A program made the position numbers and the translations under genes. A stretch of 64,000 bases of DNA from Octopus sinensis (Eukaryota). Below are positions 36,101 through 48,611 of this stretch, one piece after another. The stretch lies in NCBI RefSeq assembly GCF_006345805.1, contig NC_043005.1, positions 90,086,001-90,150,000 of the forward strand. The letters are read 5' to 3'. How positions within the stretch are numbered: position 1 is the stretch's first letter; every line of letters starts with the position of its first letter. The notes under the pieces are model-generated. The model saw only the letters and a program-made list of their open reading frames with translations, was not told the origin of the DNA and made no database searches.

Positions 36101-37049
36101 GGAGAGTAAAAGGAAAGGATTCTACCCATGTATACTATTTGTTTCAACTTGTAATTTGAGTTTTCTAGCTTTCTGTACTTTCTGAAACACTCGAGTAATC
36201 AAGCAAACAAAAAAGTAAAAATCATGGCACCTAACATTTTAATGGTTAGATATAAAAGGTGATGGTGCAGGGCAGACTTAAAAGAAATATTTACTTATTC
36301 TTGATATCTGTGATATCTAATTTAATTTTTTCTTGAGTAAAATTATGGTAACAAATATGTCAGTAAATGCTCACAAGGACAACAGACAAAATTGTCAGTC
36401 TTTTAAGCAGTTATTAATGCATGGAAGATTTTTCAGCTTTCGCATCACTCCTTCATTGTCAGGCCACCTATATACACTACTACTCACAAAATGAATGAAG
36501 CTTACAGGTATCAGAATTCATCAGGACAGTTCTTCTCTACAGCTGGATACTCTTCCTATCGCCACCCTGCAGCTTTTTCAAGATATTTCCCCATGGGCAG
36601 AAAAAAATTTTTTTTTTTTACACAAGATTGGAAACAGATGGCAGCACTTGCACCAGTGATGCTTGCTTACAATTATCATACAATGCCAAAACACACACAT
36701 TATGGGCTTCTTTCTCCAACTACAAAACACAAGATTTTGGTTGGCCTGAGGTTTTAGTAGATGTCCCCTGTTAAATGCACTGTGCATTAGAATTGAAACC
36801 AAAAGCACATCATTGTAAAACAAACTTCTTTATCACACAGCCAGGTCATTATTTTTATGTTGATAGCATCAGTCACCAGCATATCACTCCAGAATGGTCT
36901 TGGGGGTTACTCAAAGACTATTATTTATACTATTAAATCAACATCTATTTGAAGAGAGACACTCTAGTCTGCGAGTAAGTAGAAACATTAATTTCTTGAC
37001 TGAATCTACAATATATTGTTGAGCTTTTATCACTTCTCTGTATTTACAT

Positions 37050-38435
37050 TCCGCATCCTATTGCTGGTGTCACATAAAAAGCATCCAGCTGTAGAAACCA
37101 TGTCAAAATAGACGATTGGAGTCTGAACAGCCATGCCAGCATGGAAAATGGAAGTCAATGATGCCACCCATGCCCCCACATGTGGGGCTACCAAATTATC
37201 AGAAGGATCACTTTTATGATACCCTTCTACAGGCTACCTCAAAGACGAGTGGTATTGACCTCATCTTTGTGACTGGAGACTTTAATGGGCATGTTGGGTG
37301 GGAATCGGGTATCTTCACTGGGGTACACGGTGGTCATGGTATTGGCACCCGAAACGATGAGGGAACCAGGCTACTGTGAACCATTTAATCTGAAACACTG
37401 ACTTCAAGAAGCCAGACAGCCACCTTAAAACTTATCACTAGAATAAGAATAGCCTGGACAAAGTTTAGAAAGCTCCTACCCCTACAGGTGACAAAGGGTC
37501 TCCCCCTCAGAGTGAAAGGTAGATTGCACGACGCATGTGTGCGAACTGCCATGCTTCACGGTAGTGAAACATGGGCTGTGACTGCAGAGGACATGCGTAG
37601 GCTTGAAAGAAATAAAGCTAGCATGATCTGCTGGTTGTGTAATGTCAATGTGCATACACGACAGAGTGTAAATGCCCTGAGAGAAATGCTGGACATAAGC
37701 ATAGGATGTGGCATGCAAGAGAGATGTTTGCACTGCTGTGGTCATGTACTACGGATGGATGAGGAGAGCTGTGTGAAGAAGTGCCACTGCCAAACAGTTG
37801 AAGGAATCCGGAGTAGAGGTAGACCCAGGAAGACATGGAATGAGGTGGTCAAGCATGACCATCGAACATTGAGTCTCACAGAGGCAATGACGATAGACCG
37901 AGATCTCTGGAGATGTGACTGCAAAGACCCACAAATAACCTGAGTTCATGGCTGTTTCCTGCACTAGCTTCACATAGTAGCCCCAGCCCATCCAAAGTAC
38001 CTTTGGCTCGCAGGACGGCCTGCTGTGCTTACCTTGGATCGTAAGGTGACCTGCTGTGCTTGAGGAGACCTATTGAGTCAAGTACATCAACATCAAAAAA
38101 TCAAATGGAAATTGTAGTTGTGATACCTGTGCCGGTGGCACATAAAATGCACCATCCGTACATGGCCGATGCCAGCGCCGCCTTGACTGGTTTCCATGCT
38201 GGAAGAACGTAAATAGCACCAACTGATCGTGGCCGTTACCAGCCTCCCCCGGCATCTGTGCCAGTGGCACATAAAAAGCACCCACTACACTCACGGAGTG
38301 GTTGGCGTTAGGATGGGCATCAAGCTGTAGAAACACTGCCAGATCAGACTGGAGCCTGGTGCAGCCTTCTGACTTCCCAGACCCTGGTTGAACTGTCCAA
38401 CCCATGCTAGCATGGAAAACGGATGTTATACGATG
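37050..38435 (+). mobile_element. Internally deleted RTE-like LINE
   Basis: APE piece GDFNGHVG...GHGIGTRNDEG joined to C-terminal GSETWAVT...GHVLRM...RGRPRKTW...DRDLWR, then 3' UTR ending GATGA. Confidence 0.87.
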
Positions 38436-39235
38436 AGAGAGAGATAGATAGATAGATAGATATCATCTATAGCAAGACCTCTCTTACACTCTAACCTTTC
38501 ATTATCTGATACAAAATTCTCTACTTCAAAATTCCTTGTCTTGCAAGTTACTCGCTGACCCTGCAAATGCGGGTGCCATATAAAAAGCACTAAGTCCATT
38601 ATGCAGAGTGATTGGTGTTAGGAAGGGCATCCAGCCATAACAAAACCCTGCTAAAACAGACACAGTCACCTGGAGTAGTCTTCTACCTGGTCAGCTCCTG
38701 TCAAACCATCTAACCGATGCTAGCATGGAAGCTGGATGTTAAACAATGATGATTTCTGACTGGGTACAATACCAGGGGTACATTTAAAGAGAGGAGTACA
38801 ATTCTATCACTCCCATATTACCCTGATCAGAAGCTCAAAAAGCAAAGCATGAAAAATTCTGGTTTAGCAATAATTCCTTGTTTTAAGTCATCTGCTTTGC
38901 TTCATTGGCTAAAGAATATAAAATAGCACCTTTCTGATTTCAAACATTAAAATTTCATATAAAATACTGACTGTAATAGGTTTTTGTTTTTGATTTTTAA
39001 AAATAGAGCCAAGAAAGACTGGAAAATTGTTACATTCTGCCTTTCTACAATGACATTAGAAGTTTAATGTAGATTATATTATTATTATTATCATTGTTGA
39101 TGAAAAAAAAAATAATACAGTCATGGATGTAAACTCAGCTTTAAAAATGTTTGGTTTGAATAGAAAGAGAGAGAAAGAAAGTGTAGGGGTGAGGATGTAG
39201 GAGGAAGATTTCAGTGTTTCAAGTTGTTCTCAGCT

Positions 39236-39669
39236 TCAGTCTTTCTGTTGATTACATGTATCTGGAATGGCAGCTTCCATGGTGGACTTTAAAAGATGCT
39301 GCAAAAGCGAATGGGCTTGGAGGATTTCGGAATAATTTAATTGCCTGATTTCTCTGGAAGTGAATCTTTCTAACAAAAGCTTTAATGTTGGTAAGAGTTC
39401 TACATCTTTCTGTACAGAAATGTCTCTGAGCAGTTTAGACTGCTGTAATCTGTTATTTTTGTCTGACTGTAATGGCAGAAGGTGGCTGACATCGAAACCC
39501 TCTGTCCCTTGGCAATGTTCATCAGCAGTGAAATCATCTCGGAGAAATTTCAAAGAGTTGGATGTTTTCTCCAGTTCTTGAACCGATAAAGAAAGTTTAT
39601 GGACTTCTTGAAGCAGAGCACTGGAATGTTCCAAGACAGAGTTAACATCCTCCTCAACAGTACTGACAT
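39236..39669 (-). CDS. RIF1: RIF1 terminal coding exon (C-terminal subdomain III-like, stop codon)
   Basis: attttcacag|AT...TGA, 434 nt. Helical-looking REIRQLNYSEILQAHSLLQHLLKSTMEAA resembles the RIF1 extreme C-terminus; phase matches the previous exon. Confidence 0.85.
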
Positions 39670-39794
39670 CTGTGAAAATAAATCGTAAATGCATAACATG
39701 CAATTAGAGGTGGTTGGATAGAAAAACAACTAAAGATGGGAATCCCACTTCAACAATATTTATAATCAAATATTTTTTTTCATTTAATTTACAC

Positions 39795-40170
39795 ATTTAC
39801 TTGTTTCAGTCATTTGACTGTGGCCATGCTGGAGCACCGCCTTTAGTCAACCAAATTGACCCCGGGACTTATTCTTTGTAACCCCGGTACTTATTCTATC
39901 AGTCTTTTTTTGCCGAACCGCTAAGTGACAGGGATGTAAACACACCAGCATCGGTTGTCAAGCAATGCTAGGGAGACAAACACAGACACACAAACATATA
40001 TACGACAGGCTTCTTTCAGTTTCTGTTTACCAAATCCACTCACAAGGCATTGGTTGGCCCGAGGCTATAGCAGAAGACACTTGCCCAAGATGCCATGCAG
40101 TGGGACTGAACCCGGAACCATGTGGTTGGTAAGCAAGCTACTTACCACACAGCCACTCCTGTGCCTTTAA
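39795..40170 (-). mobile_element. tRNA-derived SINE, full length. Partial copies near 2350, 2625, 26610, 33620, 55730, 56120, 63600
   Basis: A-box-like TGGCTGTGTGG and B-box-like GGTTCAGTCC, central CTTGGGCAAGTGTCTTC, internal microsatellite and shared 3' tail, repeated across the window. Confidence 0.82.
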
Positions 40171-42058
40171 TGTTACATTTCCTCACTGAATAATTTAGTT
40201 TTAGTTCCCTTATTAAACATACCGGTTTGAAATTGTGGTACAAGGCCAACAATTTTGAGATAGGGGCTAATTGATGACACTGAGCCCTATTACACAACTG
40301 GTATTCATTTTATCAATGCTGGAAGGATGACAGGTAATATCCTGAACTCAGAGTGTGAAGTTGGAAGGAATGCTGCTTAGCATTTGGTCCAGCTTAGTAA
40401 CAATTCTGCCAGCTCGCTGCCTTATTAATCATAGAAACATCAACTTAACTATTGTTTTTTCTTACAGATGGTATCTCTTGAGCTATTTGGCCCCTGAGAG
40501 CTATGCATAATGATTTCAACAGTAAGATAAACACAATAAGGAAAAATACTAAAATACTAGCGAACATTATTCCCTGGTCAAAGAAACAAAAGGGATGACT
40601 CCAAACAACGTTAACCAACCCGTTTCTCATACGATGCGGGTTGATTACTGAAAAAGGAGCAAACAGTATTTTATCTACTCTTTAATAACAAGGGGGGGGG
40701 GCTCTATAATATCATGCATGCTGTCTGAGTATCATTGAACTAAACTTATAATAAACCAAAGCCATTGTGTTATTACATAACCATATTGGTCAATGGCCTT
40801 TTACAATTTTGTGCATTAACTTACTGCTCCTTCCATCAACACTTTGGCAAGAAATGATGAGATCATAAGACCAAAACATGATCAGATTTATCTCCCCATT
40901 GAACTTGGTGGAATCTACTATAATTTGATATGTAACCTGAAACCTCCCCTTTTACTATTCCACCTAAGTCAGTCAAAATTAACACAGTCTCTTAGAATAA
41001 TAAAAAAAAAAAAGTAGAGTTAGCCTGTTACTTCAGCCATCAACTCTGAAGATATGAAATTAGAAAATGTAAGGAAGGAAGGATAAGAAAAAAAATTGTT
41101 CATTACCAGACAATTCTTATGAACAGGAAACAAAGTGGTAACCAAAAAAGACAAAAAAAAAAAACTCATTCTATCTTCATTATTTTTGATATCAACCTGT
41201 CTGAGACTGCTCCAAGTTCCATGATACAATCATCCTGTCTTAAAGTGATCCAAATTAAAACCTTGCATCAAATTTACCGATTAATTTATGATCTAAACAC
41301 TGGTTGAATCCTTACTGAGCTGGGCGAAACGTTTAGCGATATTTCAACCATCTTTATGTTCTAAGTACAAACTCTGTTGCAGTCCACTTTCAACACCAAT
41401 TTAATATGAAAGTTCTTATATTATGTTCCATCTCACTGACTAATTAATTCTAGTTATTAAACTATATAGTACAGAACCGTACTGTCGAAAACAATATGTT
41501 TATACAGCCATGTGATCTAAAATCAAACATTTGACTGAATGATAGAGGGGGGGGGGGAATATAATAATGGAAAATGGAAGTAGGAAGATGGTGTTTATTA
41601 GTGAGAAATGTAGTGTTTATCAACAACATCCTAACCCCGCTCAAAGCAAAAGAGACTGACTACTTGGGGGAAAAATATATGTATACAGTAGTACCTCAGT
41701 TTTCAAACTCTAATCACAAATAAATTGCACTTCATATATATATACACATATATGCACATACATAGAGAGACAGAGAGAGAGATAAAATAAAGCACGATTT
41801 ACTTGTGATCAGAGGCATTCATAAATCGAGGTACAACTGTATTAAATGAATATAAGACAAGAGACAAAATACGATTTACTCGTAATCAAAGTTGTTTGAA
41901 AACTGAGGTTCTACTCTGTGTGTGTGTATGCAAATATATATATATATACATGTATAGGTGGTGGTGATGGTATAGACAGAATAGCTATGGCTGAAATGCT
42001 TTTGATCCTAAGTCTCCACCCAGAGCTGGTCTGGGTCTAAATTATTATAACAAATTAC

Positions 42059-42502
42059 CTTTCTCGTCTTCCTCTTCAAACAGATCTTCGTCTTGCTCAT
42101 CTTCACTGTGATTCGTTTCCAAGGAAACTGGTTTTATTGGAGAGCAGGAAACTTCTACGGATGCACTGAGTGAAGCATTTTCTACATTTTCATCTGTACA
42201 AACTTTAGGAGATTTCACAGGTGTACTAGAAGCTTCCGGGTTGACTATAACGGGGACTGAAGTGCTTGTAAGAGCTGGAGAAACATCTTGCTGATCACAA
42301 GGCCTTCCCTGGGCAACTTCACAGCTTGGAGGTAGTGTTAATTGGGATTCGGAATCTGGAGTTGGTGCTCTTTGGTGGACGGTGGTAGTAGTAGTGGTGG
42401 TGATGGTGGCAGAAACTTCTTTCTCTTCTTTCTCATTCTGCAATACACTAGCTTCTTCAATGTCTAACTTTATTGAAGAATGTGGTGAGTCAAGTTCTGG
42501 CA
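42059..42502 (-). CDS. RIF1: RIF1 coding exon
   Basis: ttttttaatag|TG...AAAG|gtaatt, 444 nt, phase 1-1, within ORF 42045-42569. S/T/E-rich with an acidic end. Confidence 0.85.
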
Positions 42503-42698
42503 CTATTAAAAAATTAAAATATATATATATAAAGGGAGAGTTTACGAAAAAAACAAAAGACGAAGACAAGTGGTGTACAAAACAAACAGATGTATTAGTA
42601 TAACGCTCAGGAATAGAAAAGTCTTTTACGTTTCGAGCCTACGCTCTTCTACAGAAAGAGACACAGAAAAAACAAGGAGAGAAACATGCATGTCTGTA

Positions 42699-42744
<46 letters not shown>

Positions 42745-43367
42745 CATACACACACACACATATATATATATATACAAATATATATATAAGCACACACACG
42801 AACACAAAATAAACCCTCAATTTGTGTATTATTTAGGTTCTTTGCTGGCAAGAATGCTAAGATCTCAATGAAATCAGGTCAGATTTCTAGTTGTCACTAT
42901 TCCACTTAATTTTTTTTCAAAAAGGTGTGAACATCACAATTTTCGATTCCAAAATCCCTAAAAATTAATATAGTTAATTACTTATTGAGGGATATCTGTT
43001 TACAAAATTACTTTATCACACCTATATCATGCTGGGCCCTCTCACCTTTCATTAACTACAAACATCAAATGATAATGCTGAAGGTCTGGTGACTGAACGT
43101 TTTTGGTTTTGTTTCCAGTCCTTTTTTATTTACAGCAATTTTTCAAGTTATTTTCAGTTTTTGTCGAAAGTGTCATCACATGAAGTAGAGAAAAAGTCAT
43201 TTCATTTTTCTTTAATAATCCCTGTTCACAACCCAACTAACACGTGATATCAGTCCATCAAAGACAACCCTAGCTTCTATAGTACAAATTTCCTGTTTCA
43301 AGCGATGCAAATTTAAAACTAAATCTGAAGATTAAAAAAAAAAAAAAAAAAAAAACCAACAACTTAC

Positions 43368-44198
43368 TTTCTTGCAAGAAAGATTCTTTTTCTTCATTAA
43401 TTTGTGCTGCTACAAAGGATGGGCCTCCAGTTTTCTCTCCAGCATCAGAGGATGGAGCAGAGGTCTTTACTTCTGTGCATTTCTCTTGTGGCTCAGCAGA
43501 TTGAGCTTTGGTTTTATCTTGCAGCTCAGCAGATGGCTCTGTAGTTTTATCTTGTGCCTCAGCAGATTGAGCCTTGGTTTTATCTTGTGCCTCAGCAGAT
43601 TGAGCCTTGGTTTTATCTTGTGCCTCAGCAGATTGAGCCTTGGTTTTATCTTGTGCCTCAGCAGATTGAGCCTTGGTTTTATCTTGTGCCTCAGCAGATT
43701 GAGCTTTGATTTTATCTTGCGGCTCAGCAGATTGAGCTTTCATTTTATCTTGCAGCTCAGCAGATGGCTCTGTGGTTTTATCTTGTGCCTCAGCAGATGG
43801 CTCTGTAGTTTTATCTTGTGCCTCAGCAGATGGCTCTGTAGTTTTATCTTGTGCCTCAGCAGATTGAGCTTTCATTTTATCTTGCAGCTCAGCAGATGGC
43901 TCTGTGGTTTTATCTTGTGCCTCAGCAGATGGCTCTGTAGTTTTATCTTGTGCCTCAGCAGATGGCTCTGTAGTTTTATCTTGTGCCTCAGCAGATTGAG
44001 CTTTGATTTTCTCTTGTGGCTCAGCAGATTGAGCTTTCGTTTTATCTTGCAGCTCAGCAGATGGCTCTGTGGTTTTATCTTGTGCCTCAGCAGATGGCTC
44101 TGTGGTTTTATCTTGTGCCTCAGCAGATGGCTCTGTGGTTTTATCTTCTACCTCAGCAGATTGAGCTTTGGTTTTCTCTTGTGGCTCAGTGGATGTGG
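43368..44198 (-). CDS. RIF1: RIF1 831-nt symmetric exon made largely of 11-aa tandem repeats
   Basis: tttaaatcag|CC...GAAA|gtaagt, phase 1-1, open throughout (includes ORF 43270-43875). Repeats of SAE(A/L/P)QDKT(TEP/KAQ). Confidence 0.75.
43470..44195 (-). repeat. Coding minisatellite, 33-bp unit, about 22 copies
   Basis: CTCAGCAGA at 43492 and 44152 are 660 bp (20 x 33) apart, with one further diverged unit at about 44185. Confidence 0.95.
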
Positions 44199-44303
44199 CT
44201 GATTTAAAATAAAGAAAAAAAATTCAAGTGTTAGTGCAAACCAATATACCAAAGAATCATTGATAGAACACCGAGACACAGACAAACACAAAACATTACT
44301 TAC

Positions 44304-44387
44304 TTTCAAGCAAGGAAGATTCTCTATCTACAACGGTTTGTGCAGCTGGAGTAGCTATGGTCTTCTCTTCTGCTTCAGAGGAGAGAA
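44304..44387 (-). CDS. RIF1: RIF1 84-nt symmetric exon
   Basis: tttttctttag|TT...GAAA|gtaagt, phase 1-1. Open frame VLSSEAEEKTIATPAAQTVVDRESSLLE. Confidence 0.75.
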
Positions 44388-44513
44388 CTAAAGAAAAATG
44401 AAATACAATACAGTGAGTGAGGGACACTTCAATGTGTTTACTATGAGACAATAGAAACTAAACATCACTAAAAGATATAGGCTTCACTAAATCAACACTA
44501 TTATGTTAACCAA

Positions 44514-44876
44514 TCTCTATATATATATAAAAAGCTGAAACTGTCTGTGTATGGCAGGTTTGGTAGCCTTCAACTAACACTATCTCCTCCGAGACCCTGC
44601 AGCGCAAGTTGACCAAAATTGAGAGTATGATAGAAGAAGGCTTGTTCTTCCTTCTGTAGAAGAAAAAATTCAAATCGGACCATGTTAACACCAAAAATTA
44701 TTTACATCAAAAAACGCTTTTTTTCTATGAAAATCCCTATTTTTTGGTGTATTTCAACCAGAAAAATGTTCACTTGAAGAGAATAACAAGCAACATAATG
44801 CAAAATTTTTACTTTTCAAAAATTCCAATTCTAAAGGGTCGAAACAAACCCGAACAACGTCGGGCGATACTGCCAG
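44514..44876 (+). mobile_element. Short non-autonomous Helitron in a RIF1 intron
   Basis: A|TCTCTATATATATATAAAAG start; CCCGAACAACGTCGGG hairpin then CCAG|T (one change from CTAG). Confidence 0.82.
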
Positions 44877-45009
44877 TTGAATATACATCCAAGAACACAC
44901 CAGGACTTCACTGTTACAGTGAAGTCTATTTACATTGTCTGCTGATGTTAGTAACAGTAGAAATATATTGTTGGTGTTATACTATCATTATTGTTGTTTT
45001 AATGTCCAC

Positions 45010-45198
45010 TTTGCAGGTGGCACGTAAAAAGCACCCACTACACTCGCGGAGTGGTTGGCGTTAGGAAGGGCATCCAGCTGTAGAAACTCTGCCAGATCAG
45101 ACTGGAGCCTGGTGCAGCCTCTGGCTTCCCAGACCCCGGTCGAACCGTCCAACCCGTGCTAGCGCGGAAAACGGACGTTAAACGATGATGATGATGAT
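45010..45198 (+). repeat. Short RTE 3'-UTR-derived repeat, representative copy. Others near 24900, 31080(-), 33325(-), 34465(-), 35260, 38560, 46670, 52190(-), 57620(-), 60645(-), 62860(-)
   Basis: Recurring GGAAGGGCATCCAGCTGTAGAAAC...GTCCAACCC(A/G)TGCTAGC...ACGTTAAACGATGATGA, matching the 3' end of the RTE element at 37050-38435. Confidence 0.85.
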
Positions 45199-45721
45199 TT
45201 GCCATGTTTGTGTGGATTAGATGGAATTCTTTGAAGCAGATTTTTCTAAGGCCAGATGTCCTTGACTCTAAGTTAGGTAATGTGTCACATCACAAAGCAT
45301 GTAAAAATGGAAGATTAGAAATAAAGGAGACTGTTTGATGATGATGTTTGTGTGGAAACATATCTCATCAGCATCATAATTTAACATCTATTTGTTTTTC
45401 ATGTGGAGGTTGATGCTCTTCCTGTCACCAACCCATTTTCCCAACTAAAATATTATTCTCCCTCGGCCAGACCGTTTCACAGACGGCTGGAAACGACCAC
45501 TGCTTTCAGTTTCTGTCCTCAGTTAACACATACAAGGCCCAGAGCTACGGAAGACAATTGTCTAAGGTGCCATGCAATGGGACTGAACTAGGAAACAAGC
45601 TTCTTAACTGCATGGCCATGCCTGAGTATGTACAAAATATATTTACTTATAATGAATTGTCAAGGCAAAACTTGAAGACTGCTTGTGTATTGTAGACTGT
45701 CCCTTTTGAAATGTACAAGGT

Positions 45722-45793
<72 letters not shown>

Positions 45794-45796
<3 letters not shown>

Positions 45797-46334
45797 TCAC
45801 AGCGATGTCTATAGCAAGCTAAGTTTCTCTCATCTTCTTCATACATACATACATTTGCCTTCTGTTTAAATGTTTGAACTTATACACCAACGAGCTTTGC
45901 CTTCCTTTTCTTTCTCTATGCTACCCTAAAACATCGCCATTTCCGCCATTCGTTCGTTCGTTTCTTTAAAGTACCTTCAATTCAATCTTCATCATTCGCG
46001 GTGCCTTGAAACCCAAAATCGCCATTATTACCCCCCCCAACCAAACTTCCTTCTTCCCCAAATCAGTCTTCCGGTCATTCTATTTATATGCACCTTCTCT
46101 TCCCACCCCTATCACTCTTCTCCGATTCACAGCGATGTCTATAGCAAGCTAAGTTTCTCTCATCTTCTTCATACATACATACATTTGCCTTCTGTTTAAA
46201 TGTTTGAACTTATACACCAACGAGCTTTGCCTTCCTTTTCTTTCTCTATGCTACCCTAAAACATCGCCATTTCCGCCATTCGTTCGTTCGTTTCTTTAAA
46301 GTACCTTCAATTCAATCTTCATCATTCGCGGTGC
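45794..46334. repeat. Direct duplication of about 211 bp (45794-46004 and 46124-46334)
   Basis: GATTCACAGCGATG...CATTCGCGGTGC occurs twice, offset 330 bp, identical by eye. Confidence 0.9.
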
Positions 46335-46963
46335 GCCCGCCCTTTCCGACCCCCACCACCAATACCGGTGAACATTGTTCACACCATCTACACCGGATAT
46401 GCCCTCCCCCACATGCTTTCACTGTGTATTACCCCCCCCACCAAGACAAGCAGCTAGCGCCGCAGCTCATCAACCGCCCCACCTATCTTACGTTTCCTCC
46501 TGTTTTTGAATCTGTCACTGCCTCAACCGGCTATCTCCTTCCAGTCCCCTCCCCCACTCGTGATGTCCTATGTTTTATTCCTACGAACCTGCACCAACCC
46601 TAGCTGTCATCGTTCCTCCTTACCCCAACCCTCCCCACTGGTGCTTCCCTATATTACCTGCACCCCCAAAAAGCACCATCCGAACGTGGCCGATGCCAGC
46701 GCCGCCTTGGCTGGCTTCCGTGCCGCTGGCACGTTAAAAGCTTGAACCGATCGTGACCGATGCAGGACCCCCCCTGGCACCTGTGCAGGTGGCACGTAAA
46801 AAGCACCCACTACACTCGCGGAGTGGTTGGCGTTAGGAAGGGCATCCAGCCGTAGAAACTCTGCCAGATCAGACTGGAGCCAGGAGCAGCCCCTGGCTTC
46901 CCAGACCCCGGTCAAACCGTCCAGCCCGTGCTAGCACGGAAAACAGACGTTAAACGATGATGA

Positions 46964-48611
46964 TCTTATTATAAAAGGCAGATTTTATCTGCCTCCCTTT
47001 GTAACTTATAGAAATCTACAATATAGGATTTCTTCAATTACAATTTACCTAGCATTTTTAAGAGTAGAATGCATCGGGTCATGCCAGGTCCAGTTTTTAA
47101 AATTTAAACTCCAATTAAGCAAAATTTACAGAAAACTCACATTCTGATGTGTATGTCAAATGCTTTTCTTAATGTGGTTTACACCACACGCACAGTGTGC
47201 AACGAATAAAATGAAAGTAAATAGCAACAGAGTGATTTGAGGAAGCCTAAACTGAAAGTATTTAAACCACTACTCAAAAAATAAAAAAACACAGCAAACA
47301 GAAACAAATAAATACATAACGATTTACTCCTCACACAATTTCTTCAATTAGAGTTTACCTAAGATTTTTCAAAGTACTCCATTCGGTCATGCCATAATAT
47401 ATTTCTTTCAATTTCACCCCCAATTAAGACAAAATTCGAGAAAACTCAATATTTTAACATTTCACTCCGAAAGCATTGATGTACATGTGTGCATGCGTGA
47501 GTGTGTGTGTGTGTGTGTGTTTGATGGGTTGTGCGACACAGAAAGTGTGGTGTGTAAGTGAAGTGCTTTTGTTAGTGTGTGTAAAGAGACAGACAGAATG
47601 AAAGACAGAAATAACTGAACTTTTTTTATTCACTTTTTGTAGTGAGTGACTGAGAGAGAAAAGAGAGAGAGGTTATGTATGTATGTATATATGTATGTAT
47701 GGCTTCAGTGACACACACACACAAAAACACATACCTACGTACACCTAAAGCACGCACACACACACACAAGCGGAGCGCGAACTTCAAAATTTTGGTAGTA
47801 TTAATTTGCGAGCGTACTTCTAAGCGCGCGTAATTGAAAGTTTTCACTATGATATCATCACGTGCGAAAAAATTCGAAGGGTTTTGAACAATTGAGATAC
47901 AGATGTCACGCCTGTATTGAAAGCATTGCTAAGCTGCCGTAATTGCTTAATTAAGACTTTGTTTAAATTGAAAGGGGCAAATATGTGACGAGGTTGAAAA
48001 AAAATACCCCAGAAAAAAAAATGTACTGCTGGTATTTATATAATTCACTACTATTTTGCTACAATGTCATGAAAAAGAAAAAATTTAGGTATGTAAATCG
48101 AATTCGCCACCCCCTTTTCCCCGTTCACGTTTGTAAAAAAAAATTATTATTTAAGTTTTAAAAATTATTTACTTTGTTCAAAAAATATTAATATTAATTA
48201 ATTTTCAAGAATTATTTAATTTTATTCTGTAAAATAGTAATTAATTCATTTATCTGTAAATCCGCGAGGTTGTTACTCAGGCACCTAGAATGGTAACCTT
48301 CAACTAACACTATCTCCTCCGAGACCCTGCAGCGCAAGTTGACCAAAATTGAGAGTATGGTAGAAGAAGGGTTGCTCTTCCTTCCGTAGAACATAAAATT
48401 CAAATCGGACCATGTTAACACCAAAAATTATTTACATCAAAAAGATGCTTTTTTTTCTATGAAAATCCCTATTTTTTACGATTTTTTCACTGCTGTGTCG
48501 CCACTTTTCGGTGTATTTCGACCAGAAAAATGTTCACAAAATTTTTACTTTTCAAAATTACAATTCCAGCGGGTCGAAACAAACCTGAGCAACGCCGGGC
48601 GATACTGCTAG
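46964..48611 (+). mobile_element. Composite non-autonomous Helitron in a RIF1 intron
   Basis: A|TCTTATTATAAAAGGCAG start; ends hairpin-CGATACTGCTAG|T. 5' part matches 29230-29868, 3' part matches 44560-44876. Confidence 0.68.

Noticed and set aside
36725-36768. Minus-strand acceptor-like sites downstream of the RIF1 stop (also near 34162)
   Set aside because: No matching donor or protein similarity; cannot be told from chance without RNA data.
40090-40170. tRNA gene
   Set aside because: Only A/B-box-like head sequence without a full cloverleaf, and it continues into a dispersed SINE body.
40468-40510. Plus-strand acceptor followed by WYLLSYLAPESYA* inside the last RIF1 intron
   Set aside because: No upstream partner exons found, and too short to assign a family.
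43372-44202. 276-aa plus-strand Leu/Cys/Ser-rich ORF
   Set aside because: Antisense shadow of the 33-bp coding repeat; the minus strand has the splice sites and phase continuity with RIF1.
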